From assembly GCF_004010195.1 (NCBI RefSeq), contig NC_057718.1:37881152-37945151 (forward strand): 64,000 bases of DNA. Direction: 5' to 3'. Positions 24,816 through 38,500 of this stretch are shown piece by piece. Source of the DNA: Chiloscyllium plagiosum (taxonomy: Eukaryota). Each line of letters begins with the position of its first letter. Position 1 is the first letter of the stretch. The notes beneath the pieces are model-generated. The model had not been told where the DNA came from. It saw nothing but the letters and a program-made list of their open reading frames with translations, and did no database searches. A program made the translations under genes and the position numbers.

Positions 24816-25062
24816 CCGTGTTAAGAGCAATATCGATGGGAAGTACCTGACGGATGGGGTCCCATTCAGTTGCTGCAATCCAGCCTCCCCTCGACCCTGT
24901 ATCCAGCAGCAGATCACCAACAATTCCGCCCATTACAGTTATGAGTTCCAGAGCGAGGAGCTCAACCTCTGGACTCGGGGCTGCAAGGAAGCTCTCCTCA
25001 ATTATTACACTAACATGATGCAATCCATGGGAGCACTAGTCCTAATCCTGTGGTTACTAGAG
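24816..25062 (+). CDS. PRPH2: Peripherin-2 exon 2, 247 nt
   Basis: Acceptor ctccttacag|. Encodes (D)[42 protein letters not shown]...[12 protein letters not shown]...LWLLE. Donor |GTAAGA. Phases match exons 1 and 3. Confidence 0.97.
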
Positions 25063-25699
25063 GTAAGAAGACCAATAATTTTTTTAAAATACTGAACCCT
25101 TACACGGTTGTTGAGAGTCTGGGAGAAAGTGATCAATATATCTTTTTAAACTTAGCTGCTGAGGTGTCCATCCAGCAGCTCAGTTATTACAGGTCTCTAG
25201 TAATGATTGAGTCCCTCCCCTATCCCCACTGATCCATCTAGGAAATCATTGCACTGCCTGAGTGGTATTTTTGTTGGAGAATTCTCATAAGGGTGCTGCT
25301 TGCTGCCTGCTGCATTCAGTGGGCAGGACTAAAGTCTCCTGCCATCTTCAAAAAGGCAGAATAATCAACATGAGGGCAAGTGTCACAATATTTTGGATTC
25401 TGCCTTTCCATCCCTCAGAACTCTGCTCCTCCCACCCTCCAAGGCGGGGAGGAAACTGGAGGAGGTGTGTTGCCCACATTCTAACCATGGAAGAGCAAAA
25501 GAAATCTTTTTTGTTCTGGGCGTCAGCCTAGAAATTTGATCTGTTTTGAACTTGCAAAATGTTAAATGTTAGTTCAAATCAATAGAATTGCTTTGTTTGT
25601 CACCTTCATATTACCTATAACATTGCAAGAGCTAGGTGCTTATTTTTGACTGGCACAGACACAAGGAGTTGAAGGACCTTTTCTGTGCCATATACCTCT

Positions 25700-26230
25700 T
25701 AGTATCTATTAGAGAGAACATACAGCATCCTGGGCTTTATTAACAGAGAGTAAAAGAGCAAAGAGGCAGTGCTGAATTTATCCAAGATACTTGTTCAATC
25801 TTACCTGGAGCATTGTGTACAGTTTATTATGTAGAGTTGTGGGTGCCATATTGCAGTAAGTGCAGAAGAAATTTGTAAAAATGGTTCCAGGGTTCAGAAA
25901 CTTACATTGGGAAGATAGATTGGCAAGGTTGTGACCGTTCTCCTTGGGGGGGGGGGGGGGGAACGCAGCCAATAGGACATCTGATAGAAGTTTTCAAAAT
26001 CATGAGATAGACAAGAGGAAGAAACTGTTCTCACTCATAAAAGCATCGAGAACAAGAGGGCACAGAATTAAGGTGCTTTGCAAATGTAACAGATGCGATG
26101 AGAACATTTTTTTTTCCAATCTGGAATACGTTGCTTGGAACGCGGGTGGAAGCTTATTCAATCGAGCCATGGAAGAGGACGTTAGATGATAATTTGTAAG
26201 AGAAACAATGTACATGGAGGCAGAAAAGAC
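25700..26230 (+). mobile_element. CR1-type LINE fragment
   Basis: cctggagcattgtgtacagtt and an SRTRGHRIK peptide. Confidence 0.65.
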
Positions 26231-27009
26231 TGGAAAATAGCATCAATGAAGCTCCCACAGAGGCAGGTCCTTTGCTCCCTGTTCACAGATACTTCTTCCT
26301 GAGCCATTTTCCTTGACAGTTTTTGTCAGTAGTTTGCCATTACTTTCTATTCTGGAGGGCAGATCACAAATCAACCTCAGCCAAAACAAAATTGCAACTG
26401 CCCACACTGTTGTCATTATTGTGAACTATAGACCAGCTCTCTTAAACCAAATGAGCTAATGAGTTCCTCTGTTCATGACATAACATTAGAAACTATCTGT
26501 AGGATTAATAAGGACTGGATTATATTATGCAAGCTGCAACAATAAGTTGTACAAAAGAAAAATATTGTGGCTGCTAGAAATCAGAAATAAAACTGTAAAA
26601 TGCCGAAAATACTTTACAGACTAGGCAGCATCTGTGGAGAAAAAGTTAATCAGTTTCCCCTATCCACAAGTGCTGTCTGCATTACTTTTGCACCAAACAG
26701 GTCTAGATGCACACTTTGAGGATTAGTTGTGTGTGTTTTGCTTTTTCAATGGTTACATTAATGGATTATTGATAGTTTTGTTGTATTAAAGTGAGTTTCC
26801 CTCATTAATGGCACATATGTATGAAGTTAAACTTTTGTTTGCTAAAATGTTGTTGCTAAGCAGAATTCTCTGTGAAGTATACGTGGTATTTTTGCCCCAT
26901 CTGTCTCCATGACAATGAAGGAGATGAATTATACACTATTTATTTGATTGCGATGCAAAATCCTTTAGTTAGTGAATTCTAAGTACACCTCAAGCTTTTA
27001 AAAGTCCTG

Positions 27010-27355
27010 TATGGGAAGGGCAGGTAATAGCCTAGTAGCATTAGTAAATATCCAAAGACCTAAGCAATATTTTGGGGTCCTAGGTTTAAATGACAAAATT
27101 TGAATCCAATAAATAGATCCAGAATAAGAAATGTAATAATGACCATGACAACTTTTTTTATGACAATCTGGCTCATTTATGCCCTTTAGGGAAAGAACCT
27201 GTTGTCCCTACTTGACCAGGCCAACATCTGACTCCAGACACACAGAAATGAGGTTGACGTTCAATGGCTGAGAAAGCCATGCAGAGGCACCTAGGGATGG
27301 GATATAAATGTTGGCCAGGTATCAATGCCCACATCCCATCTAGTGAAATAAAAAG
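27010..27355 (+). mobile_element. Degenerate SINE (related copies at about 28480-28810 and, reversed, about 33500-33890)
   Basis: Shared core cctttagggaa...ctccagac(a/c)cacag and tail gcccacatccca...aataaaaa. Confidence 0.55.
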
Positions 27356-27699
27356 AAGCATCTTCAGAAAATCATTTTGATTTTCGTTGTCATTAGCTCT
27401 GGACAGTGACTTTGATAGATTACTAAAATGTTTTAAACAGATTTTGTAGTATTTGAAAACAACAGATAAAGAGAATGTTTGTAAAAGATAGCAAAAGCAA
27501 GACAAGATGGGTTTTTATCTTCTCTTTAGTCAACATGAGTAGTGGCTGAGATGTAGTATGAAAACAAATCTTGACAGTATTCTTTGGCTTACACTTGCTG
27601 GTTGATGATGGACACTGGCTTCAAGCGTCTTTAAATTTTCAAGCTTTTGTAACTTTAAAGTGGCACTCACCTTGCCTTGATTGGAAGAAACTTTACTTC

Positions 27700-28090
27700 A
27701 GAATTATAAAGCCATAGACTCAAGTTCTACCTCATAGCCTTGAATGTACAACCTAGCTTGATATTTCAATACAGTACTGAATACGTAGTACACGGTCAGA
27801 GGGACCATTGCTCAGAGGCCACATTAAATCAAGGTGTACCTTACCAGGAGAGAAAAGATTCTGTGACAATGCTATTACTCAAAGAACAGGTGAAAGCTTT
27901 CCTAGCTAACATCTATTCCTCAACCAGTACCATTGAAACAGATTATCTGGTCATTTAATTTGTTATTGTTTGTGGGCACTTGATTTGCAAAAGTTACTGA
28001 CATGTTTTCCTTTATAACAAGCAGGCACTGAAAATCTTTTCAATTGTGTGGATGCTGCAAATTGTAAGAAATGAAGTGTCAATGTGAGTT
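27700..28090 (+). mobile_element. Deu-domain-like SINE (SacSINE/AmnSINE-like), old
   Basis: cagtactga...aaagattc...cctcaaccag...aacagattatctggtcatt...gtttgtggg resembles the Deu-SINE central domain as I recall it. Confidence 0.55.
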
Positions 28091-29749
28091 TCTCTCCTCA
28101 AACAGCCTGTGTTTAATCTCCCTTCAATGACTTGGGTTGCAACCCATACTACCAATACTGCATCTGAATGTGAATTTACTGTTACAAACTCAGAGCCTAA
28201 TATCTGTCTGAGTGTGTGTGTTGGATGGTGGAGCGAAGAACAACCCAAAAAATAAGAGCAATACCAAATCATATGGACCCTCAAGCCTGCTCTATCATTC
28301 AGTAATATCATGGCTGATGTGATTGAAGTCTTAACTCTGTGTTCTGCCTGCCTTTCCATAACCATTCTAGATCAAAAATCAATCTCATTCAGCTGCCCTT
28401 GAACATTTTAAATAACTCCAATTCACTGCTCAGGGAGGGTCAGAAATCCATAGATTGATGACCCTCTGAAAGAAGAGGCAGATGGTGGTGGAATTGTAAT
28501 GGTATTAGGTTAATAATCCAGAGCTCCAGGCTAATGTTGTAGGGTCAAGTATTTAAATCATACTATTTAACTTCAAATAATAACTACAGAATATAAACCT
28601 TGTCTCCATAATGGTGACAAAGACAACTAGCATAAATTGTTGTAAAGACTTATAGTTCACCGATTGCCTTCAGGGAAGAAAATCTGCTCTTTACATGGTC
28701 TGGCCTGCATTTGGCTCCAGACCCACAGCCACTTAGTTCAGGGCCAGTTAGGGATGGACAACAGAGGCTAACCTTACTAATGGCAGCACTCATCCGGTGG
28801 AAAAATAAAACCTCCATTTTCAGTTGGAGATCTCTTATTTTTAAACTGAGTCATCCTGCTCTACACTGCACAGCCTCTACCTTGTCAAGCCCCCTCAGAA
28901 TCCTGTATGTTTCAATAAATCCACTCTCATTCTTCCAAGCTCCAAACAGCATAAGTCCAAGTAGGGCTGCCTTTGCTCAATTGGCAAGCACACCATCCAG
29001 AAGAGCGCATTCCTTGGACTGAATGCAGGGAAATAGGGAGAACAGAGAGGGAAATCATGGCATAGAGAAGGAAAGACTATTAGTGTAATTATGCGTGAAC
29101 TTTGGTGAAGTTTATTTGATGGGCCAAATGGCCTTTTTTAAAAAAACTTGAGATGCATGATTACCAAGCAATTTATCAAAATAAACTGATTTCACAATGG
29201 AAAGTAGTGAATGTTTCATATTGTACACTCTATATATTGCCTGAGATCCAGATTATTTCCCTCGATAAAACATCATTCTAGTTTAAAAATAACTTTCATA
29301 CGTTTCCATTCCACATCAAATTATGCTATGACATTCACACTTCAGGAGAAACTCAAAAACAAAGACAAGTCAAGGTTCTACAATCAACAAATTGGCAAGT
29401 TAAACCATGTATTGTAAAGACTTAACATTTTATTCTTAAGTTTGTGGTCAAAGATAGGTCTGAAGATATCAATGGAGACAGAGCCGAATTAAAGTTTCAT
29501 GTGGAAGACAATTCATCAGACATCATTCTGATGAAAGGCCACTGACTTGAAGCAATGACTGCTTTTCTCTTGATTAATGCAGCCTGACTTGCTGAGTAGG
29601 TCCAGCAAGATTTCTAGCATCTGTAATGTTTTGCTTTTGTATTACTATTGCCTGATGTTCTATTGTGTTCCTGATTTCTTCCTTTACCCTTTGATCCATT
29701 TAGCCATAAGAACCATATCGTGCACCTTCTTGAAAATAGAAACTAGAAC

Positions 29750-30178
29750 ATGTTGCCAGGGTTGGAAGACTAGACGGAGAGGTTGAATATGCTGGGGATA
29801 TTTTCCCTGTTGCATCAGATGCTGAGGGGGCAACCTTATAGAGGTTTATAAAATCATGAGGGGCATGGATAGGATAGCTAGACAAAGTCTCTTCCCTGGG
29901 GTGGGGGAAGTCCAGAACAAGAGGGCATAGGTTTAGAGTGAGAGGAGAAAGATATAGAAGAGACCTAAAAGGCAATTTTTTCATGCAGAGAGTGGTGGTG
30001 GAGGCTAGTACAATTGCAACATTTAAAAGGCATCTGGATGTGTATATGCATAGGAAGGGTTTGGAGAAATATGGGCTGGCTGCTGGCAGGTTGGACTGGA
30101 TTGAGTTGGGATATCTGAACGGCATGGATGAGTTGGACCAAAGGGTCTGTTTCCATGCTATACATCTCCACGACTCTA
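29750..30178 (+). mobile_element. CR1-type LINE 3' end
   Basis: SRTRGH-like aacaagagggcatagg, FFMQRVV, and tail ttggaccaaagggtctgtttccatgc. Confidence 0.85.
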
Positions 30179-30435
30179 CCTATCAAGAGGCCTGCCCATA
30201 TATCCTACACTTTAGTTGTAAAACATTTCCCTAAATAAATGTTTGTGTGAGGAAATGATGAGCTGTTCAAATAGTTTTTCCACGTTTTAGAGTTTGAACA
30301 TTTCTCCTTGAAAAGATGGTGGTGGGTCAGATATTCAATGTTGAATTTAAAATAAAACACACAGTTGTGTTGCCACGCATTATAACAGAAAGTTCAGGTA
30401 ATGCACTATAACACAAGGTTCAAATTGAACAAGGA

Positions 30436-30564
30436 CTATCACCTGATGAAGGAGCGTCACTCCGAAAGCTAGTGTGCTTCCAATTAAACCTGTTGGACTA
30501 TAACCTGGTGTTGTGAGATTTTTAACTTTGTACACTCCAGTCCCACACCGGCATCTCCAAATCA
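30436..30564 (+). mobile_element. Solo PLE-derived terminal repeat with core-intact hammerhead motif (30440-30474)
   Basis: Near-identical to 16283-16377 and continuing into the reverse complement of 15997-16025. Reads CAC CTGATGA A GGAG CGTCA CTCC GAAA GCTA GTG. Confidence 0.82.
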
Positions 30565-31141
30565 AGGTCATGAGGGTTTGGTGATAGGACAGATGTGGAG
30601 AGGACTTTTTTTTTAGAACCTAGAACTAGGGGTCACTGTTAAAATAAAGAGTGACCCATTTAAGAGAGAGATGAGGCTTTTTTTTCTCTCAAAGGATGGT
30701 GATTTTTGGAATTTTTTTCCAGAAAAGGTAGTGCAAGCAGAGTCTTTGAATAATTTTAAGGTAGAGGCGATAGATTCTTGGTCAACAAGGAGGTGAAAAG
30801 TTATCAGGAGAAGGTGGGTAATCAAGGTAATAGAAATAGTTATGACCTTCTGGGTTCAAATGAGATTAGCATCAAAGCAATCTAAATTCAATACTGATCT
30901 GACAGCACTGTTGCCTTGTTCTGGTTTGTATTCTGGCCTTTTGGAGGCTCGTTCAGGGCAAAACAGCAAAGTCATATTGTGACATAATTGCACAAGTCAG
31001 GAAATTTGACCTTTGAATTTTTATAACAGTCTGAACATCCTCAATATGCTTTACAAATCCGTAGCTGAGAATGTTATACCAATAGGTCAATTAAGTCAAC
31101 TGCATAAATTCAGTCTTGGAATGCCATGAATGGCTTAAGTC

Positions 31142-31232
31142 GAGAGTGTGGAGCTGGAAAAGCTCAGCAGGTCAGGCAGCATCCAAGGAGCAGGAGAATC
31201 AACATTTTGGGCAAGAGCCCTTCATCAGGAAT
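31142..31232 (-). mobile_element. Short PLE terminal-repeat fragment with decayed hammerhead
   Basis: Minus strand reads CTGATGA A GGGC TCTT GCCC AAAA TGTT. GAAA and CGTC are lost by changes consistent with CpG decay. Confidence 0.7.
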
Positions 31233-31888
31233 GGCTTAAAACCCATAAGCCAGCAATCAATAGCAGAAAAATTGGTTAATTAATAAAGTCGTCCTCTGGT
31301 TGGCAGGGATTCTAACAAATGTGTAAATCCATTAGCAGGTTCAGGTAGAAACAGTAATGGGACAAGATGAACTAACTTCTTCCTGAAATTGCAGACACAC
31401 AACCAAGTTACTGACAAACTCATAATTGTAATAATTTTTAGCATAATGCAGAGTGCATGCTCTTTGTGTGCCTCTTTCAGCTAAATTCAGAGAACACAGT
31501 AAAATATAATTCACAATCAAAGGTTTATGGACCCCAAATGGGCTCGGGGTGCCCATCTAACTTCAAATATGCAGCATGCCATCAAAGAGTATTTTCATGT
31601 TATCACTGTGTGCCCAGCCAGAACTACCTGTTGGAGCATGGACTTGCAGGATTATCCACAGCCAAGAAAGAATTCTAATTCATCCCAGTGATAGATTTAC
31701 CCCGTCAGGCTGTCTGATGACTTACCAACAGGTAAGACTTGAATGCAGGCTTTCTGGTTCAGAGACAGGGACACCAACACTGCATGTCAAAAGGCCTCTA
31801 AAATTGCTTTATACTTGGACAATGCCCTCCTGTTTGTGACTACCACGGACTTAGTTAACTGATGGTATATTCTCTACCTGCATTTTAG

Positions 31889-32113
31889 GTGACTGTGATG
31901 GTTGGGATCCAATATTTGCACACAGCCCTGGATAGCATTGCAAATCCTGAAGATCCTGAGAGTGATAGTGAGGGTTGGTTAATGGAGAAAGGTCTGAAGG
32001 AAACACTTAAATCTCTCCTGGAAAGTGTAAAAGAGCTGGGTAAGTTCAATCAGGTAGCTACAGCTGAAGAGGTGAAAAAGGAAGAGGGCACGACTGTTGC
32101 CACAGTCAGCTGA
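31889..32113 (+). CDS. PRPH2: Peripherin-2 exon 3, 225 nt including stop
   Basis: Acceptor cattttag|. Encodes VTVMVGIQYLHTALDSIANPEDPESDSEGWLMEK...LGKFNQV...VS*. Spliced CDS is 1053 nt (350 aa). First downstream AATAAA is at 32181. Confidence 0.95.
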   Translation: MTVMVGIQYLHTALDSIANPEDPESDSEGWLMEKGLKETLKSLLESVKELGKFNQVATAEEVKKEEGTTVATVS

Positions 32114-35100
32114 AGAGACCAAACAACAAGTTGCAGGAGAGGGGGAGAAACAATTTAGACTATGAAGGAAATGAAAATTGAATAAATGTACAATACAAAA
32201 CGAAATGAATAATTCCCTTTGTTGTTTAATATAAAAGGCATGTACCCCAAGGACTTTATTTTCCTGTATTTGCCACGCATAATCTATTATATTGTATAAA
32301 CCATCACCATTTAACATAATATGTAATTCATTTATTTACAATATTTGAATTATGTTAAATTAATTTTAAAATTTATTTGCTTGTACTATATAAAGATATA
32401 AATATAACCAATGTATTGCTTTTGAATCTGGAAATATGGATTGTGTGATGACAATACTTATTTAAAACAGTCCTGCCATTTTTAATGTAGCTCAAATGCT
32501 ATGTGAAGTTATATAGTTTGTGTTGTTACAAAATAGGGTTCAATATTAAAAGCATCTTCCAAGACAGAAGGGCATTTTTCATGAAGTGAAAAATTTCCAT
32601 TAATACTTTATGGATTTCAATAATTCATGTTAGAAACCCAAATGTGACAAATCAACTTTTACAATATTCTCTATTCAAAGCAGGGCTATTAAAATAAACA
32701 ACATAGATGGAAAAATTACAAAGGTTGGATCAGATTTCAAAAAAATATTTGAATTAAACACAGTTAATGTGATGTTCCCAATACTTTCTGAAATCAGCAT
32801 CGTAAATATAAGGAGATTCCTTTGTGGTCTGCAGTTAAGTCCATAACTATTTGTTTACACCTATTCATTCGGATAGGAGGTGCAGTTGAAAAAACAAATC
32901 AATTACACCACAATATGTGTACAAGCGCAGTCATTTTTTATGATTCTGTATAGCAATGACTTGTATTCATATCATATTGAAACAAAACCATGTTACATTT
33001 TGTTCATTAAATGCAATTTTTATAAATAGCTTACTGTCACTGCCAAAATTATAGTTGTATTTAGGATAGACTCACAATATATTTCAATTACTACAGGACA
33101 CTAGCTAAAAAATGTCTGTCTCATTAATTCAGGCAGTCTGAAATTTTGAGATACAATGGAATTTGGAACCATTTTATCTTAAGTCTCATAAACCAACATC
33201 CTTTTTATTATTTGGAACAGCTCTCTGTTAGCAATTTGAGATGTAACTGCCTGTTGCAGCTTCAAGGATAAAAGTCCTAAGTATGCTTAACATCGGTTTA
33301 TAGGATTAACTTATGTAATTCTTTTTCAAGGAGAGACATCTAATTCATCATGACATCTAACTACACATGGAAATGTGATAAATGAGAGGACAGAAAGGAT
33401 AAACATTGTCCCATTTGTATAATTCTCAAAAAAGTAAACAGTTGACATGAATTATGATTAAAAACATAAATATTCTCCCAATCGTCATTTTACTCTTTTT
33501 AAAATAAAAGTATTCCTTCATGGGATGTGCGCATCACCGGCAATGCCAGCACTTATTGACCATCCCTAACTTCCCCAGAAAAAAAAGATCGGTGAATCTG
33601 CTTTTTGATAACCAATGGTTTGCTAGGCCATTGCGAAGTTCCAACCATTTTTCTATTGGTCTGAAGTCTCATGTAGACCAGGTGGGCAGGGATAGATCAG
33701 ATTTCCTTCCCCAAAAGGCATTAATGTACTAGAAAAATTTTAAAGAACAAGTGTTAATTACATAGTACAAACCTTTTATTCCAAATTTATTTAAGCAGCA
33801 GAATTTAAGCTGCTGAGCAGCCATGATGGTATTAAAACTCCTGAATCCAGACCATTACTCTAAATATCTAGATTATTAATCTAGTACCATAGCCACTGCT
33901 TCCAAAAAAATCCCAGAAGTTCTTCATAATTTAGCAAAAAACACTTGCATTGGCAGAGCACCTTGAAGAGAAATGAAATGGCTCAGGCCACTTTACAATA
34001 GAAACAGATGGAACAGGATGGAAGAAACAGCACTGAGAGGAAACTTTCAGAGATGTAAAGTGAAACAATAAAGCAAAGAGTGAGTCAGTTACAGTCAAGG
34101 ACTTGCTCTTCTGGAAGCTCTGTCACCAATAAGGGAGATCAGAAGGAAAAGGAGGATATATAACTGGTCAGAAACCCTATGTCTTCTAGTTGAGGATATA
34201 CCCATCCATGTCTGAGTACCTTTCCCCGCTAAAACCGTTATCTATACTTCTGCTGCTGCGCAACTCAACTTTCTTCACCAGCATCAAACCCCATCATGAC
34301 ACACACTCTACCTTCCATAACATCAAAGTTGACACTAAATTTACTTGATGATCACTGCTGTCATACCCAATGTCCAATGGCTTCCATTTCTTGAAGGACT
34401 GAATTCCAAACCTTAGTGCAATGTTATGAATGCTGTTATGGACTTGCCTCACATTATTTCTACAATGTCTTTCATGCTTTATGGTAACCAAGCATATTAA
34501 ATTCAGTGTATCAAATAGCAAGAAGCCATTGGAAATTGTAGACGGCAGCAGTGATGGTCAAGTAGATTTTGTGCAGGGACTAGAATTTTTGCACAAGTCT
34601 GCATAGTGATGAGCTTTGGATGTTGGTGAGAAGAAAGCTATGATGCTGCAAAAATATAGATAAAGATTTGAGCAGAACATGGTACTCAGTCTTCATGATG
34701 GATGGATCTATCTTCAATTAAAAGGATTGGAACAGCCCAGGACATGAGTCTTTTCAGAATAGCACATTTGATATTCCCCTGAATCAATCTAGACAACAGG
34801 TACAGATTGGCGCTATGAATGCCTCATTTTTTGAGACACTTCTTCTAAGAACAAGAAACTTTCGTGGTGAGGCTCCAGTGCAATATTGATAGCTGCCAGC
34901 TACAAACATTTATCTTAGATTTCTTGGAAATGAGTCAAAAGCTGCAGTATTTGCTTTTATGCTTTTCACAGTCTCTTTTTGTTGATGTTGAATCCTTGAC
35001 AGAATACTGATAATAATTCTGCCCCTATATCTTATGAACAGTGAGCAGAAAGTTGTGTTTTATCAAAATGAAACTTTCTAAAAATAAAAAATTGTCATCA

Positions 35101-35223
35101 ACATATCTCAAAATACTTAACATTTTTTCCCCAAATGCAGTGACTGAAAATGCATGAACAAACTTTACCTATGTATCAAAAATCGGATAAATGAACTTGA
35201 AACTAAATAGATAAGTGAGTTAT

Positions 35224-35542
35224 GGGCAGCACGGTGGCTCAGTGGTTAGCACTGCTGTCTCACAGCACCAGAGTCCCAGGTTCAATTCCAGCCTTGGGCG
35301 TGTGTGTGTAGAGTTTGGACATTCTTCCCGTGTCTGCGTGGGTTTCCTCCGGGTGCTCCGGTTTCCTCCCACAGTCCAAAGATGTGCAGGTCAAGTGAAT
35401 TGGCCATGCTAAATTGTCCATAGTGTTTGGTGCATCAGTCAGAGGGAAATGGGTCTGGGTGAGTTACTCTTCGGAGGGTCAGTGTGGACTTGTTGGGCCG
35501 AAGGGCCTGTTTTCACACTGTAGAGAATCTAGTCTAATCTAA
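35224..35542 (+). mobile_element. tRNA-derived V-domain SINE (HE1-like), full length
   Basis: A box tggctcagtgg, B box ggttcaattcc, V-domain gtgggtttcctccgggtgctccggtttcctcccacagtccaaaga, CR1-like tail and (tctaa)n end. Confidence 0.9.
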
Positions 35543-38500
35543 ATGTTATTATTAAATGAGCATCTAGCTCCATTAGCAGCGATTTATGAAGTAGTAACAT
35601 TTTATGGGAATTCACTGTCTGATCCAGAGTGAAGAACAATTCCTTCAGGTGAGATGTAACTCAGAACTGAGTCAACATTTCTGCTGTAAATAACAGGGAA
35701 ATACACAGAGTACAAGGAACAAATTAGTTTATTCTAACTCTGGACTTTCCATATATATTTCATTTAAAAAGAATAAGAACTGAAAATAATCCACATAATT
35801 AGCAAGCTGCAAACAGTCATTGTTTGAAAATGGCTTTTGTTTCCTATTAGCAAGAATAATCTCAACTGTAACCCTGATTAAGTGCAATGTTAAATCAATT
35901 TTTCTAAAGAGCATTTTGTCAACAGAAAATAAGTGACTTGTGGTATTTGCGTTTTCCTTAAAAGAGAGAACTGTTTATAATATTTATTCTGAACCCATAT
36001 TTGTAAAGCTGCTAAAAAACTATAACAGCAATAAATACTAGAAAGCATAGGATGTTGATGTGTGCAGATGGAAACACCCAAGAAAGGTTCATGGTAACAC
36101 AAAGGCAACAAACTAACAAGTTTCCTTTTGTGGAAAATAAACTTAATTCATACCATAATGCTTTCATTGGGAAATTGTGGGATCTATCTCTGCAACTTTC
36201 ACTCAACAAATTAAGAGAGTTCTTCGATCCATTTTTTTCTTGAAAGAGAAAAGAACAATGCTGAAATAACACTTTTATCGCATATACTACAGCATGATAG
36301 AATTGTGCAGTTTTTGTAATATTATGAAGGACCTCACCATAGCTTTCTGTGACCAATCCTTTTAATCAATGACTGGCTATTTAACACTATAGCTATTCAG
36401 TATCCTTTGTCTATCTGCTTAACTCAACAAAAAAAGCCACTGAACTTTAAACAATTGCTTTAACACTTCTCTGTACCACTGTTGTGAAAATACTAGCCAG
36501 AGAATGATGTATAAAACTATTGTACTGCAAGTGAATAGAACATATGCTATGAATGTAACAAAAACTACTGTGGTTATTTCATCTCACAGGAAGGTCCATG
36601 AAAACAAAAATGGACAAATGGAATAAGAGAAACAAACAAAGGTTTGTAATTTCCCCAAATTCCTTCCTCCTCTAGGTTGCATTTTTAATAAGGATGCTAC
36701 AACACAGTCATAGAGATGTACAGCTCTCCCCTTCCGGAAGGGAATTTATGCAAAAGGACTCCATGAAAACAATAGCCCTTAGACATTTGGTTTGATTGGC
36801 CTTTTTTATGTGTGAACTTTATTCTTAGGTAGGTCAATTTATAACTGACAAAGCTGCAGTTAAATTATATCCACATGGCACCCACAAACACTGCCAGCAG
36901 AAACAGAGAAAGATCATGCGAGGATAGTCTTTTTTTTAAAGCTTTGAAGCAAAAACATTGAGAATAAGTGCAGCACTCTTGTTTAGTTGCAGTCGATAAG
37001 CTGAACTCAGGGCAGCCTAGGAATTACAACTAAAACCTTGTTATATATGCAGGAACTGTCAAATAAATCAAAGTGCATTTAGACCAAACATAAAAGCAGA
37101 ATCTTTTTGATTAATGTAACTATCTACAGTGCAGGTTTGTGTGTCCAATTGAGAAAACTACTTGAAAAGGACAAGGTCAATATCCCCAAATACTCAAAAC
37201 AGTGAAAGTCAATCTACAAGATGGACAAAGTGATAAGTTTAAAAAAAAATTAGCTGATATAATCCCTCTAATAAACAAGATTTATTACCAAAACAAACTT
37301 ATGCTTATTATAAACTAATTCAAAGTAAGTTATTCAATATTATACAGATCAGGCATTTTACTCATACCAGAGAATTTGCATTTACTTTCTGTATCCTACT
37401 TGAACTGTCATGAAATGTTACTTCAAGGTGGAGTAAATAGGATTAAAGGCTAATAAAATAATCATCTTACATTTCAAAATATCATTAAAAACTGCAGCTG
37501 CAAGCTATGGTGTAATTAAAGAAATACAGAAAGCTCACAACATGACAGTTTGACAGATCTGGGCCACTAAGAATAAGAGACCTCAGTGATGTTGGACAAT
37601 TTAGAGGTACTGAGGCTATTCTCCTTAAAGCAAGGAAAGTTAAGGGAAGTTATGATAGATGAAAAAATTATGAATGTTTTCCTAATGGAGTAATGAAAAT
37701 GCTTTCCAACAGGGGGAGAGTAAACAAAGGTTGCTGATTTTCGAGAACTGGCAAAGAACCAGAGGAAAGGTGGTTATTTTGGAAATATTTTGCTAAAATC
37801 TAGAATGGACTGAACAAAAAAATGGAGAAAACAGATTTAATAATAATTTCCAAAAGGTTCTGTGCTTACAGATGAAGAAGTTGCTGTACAATAACCAAAA
37901 GATAGGGAGCAGACAAACTGAATATCGCTTTCTCATAACTGATAGAGAGGATGGATTAAATGGGCTCTTTCTGAACCAGATGTAAAGCTTGAAATAATTT
38001 AAACATTATTACACAAGTTACAACAAAGAAATGTCTGTGCATAACTACTTGTCTGAAAAAAGTGAACTATGATTTTTGTTCTGAACTAAATTTTAGTACA
38101 GTTTCTCTGATTAATTAGACGATTTAAAAATTGAATTGTTACAGGAATTTTGGAAACTGCATTGGAGAATAAATCTCAGGTTCTGTTGTCAGTGATCAAG
38201 AGAGAAATGCACACCCTATCAGAAATGACAAAATAGGTCTCCATTCTAAATTACCATTGCAAATTCTATTTGCTTTCAGTGACCCTGTAATTGAAAAGGA
38301 GGAATACAATCCAAGGCACAAGCATTTTATAACTCTCTAGCATGACTTTCAGCTGAGGAAAGAAGCTGAGGCTGATTGTATGTCTCTATACACTGTCCAA
38401 AGCCAATAGAAGTGTGTCTCAGTATGATGAGAAAATGATGGAAAAGAAAGGTGAGATAGGTGTGGAAGAATTTTGGAAAGTAGCTAAGAGTTTATTTCAA

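Noticed and set aside
23637..25023. 173-aa and 109-aa antisense ORFs over PRPH2 exons 1 and 2
   Set aside because: Shadow frames of real exons.
15995..30571. Recurring peptide VKNHTTPGYSPTGLIGSTLAFG in three ORFs
   Set aside because: Antisense translation of the family C terminal repeat, not a gene family.
35224..35295. Apparent tRNA genes (also 53649, 11690-11753, 38720)
   Set aside because: tRNA-like heads of SINEs followed by SINE bodies and tails; no complete cloverleaf.
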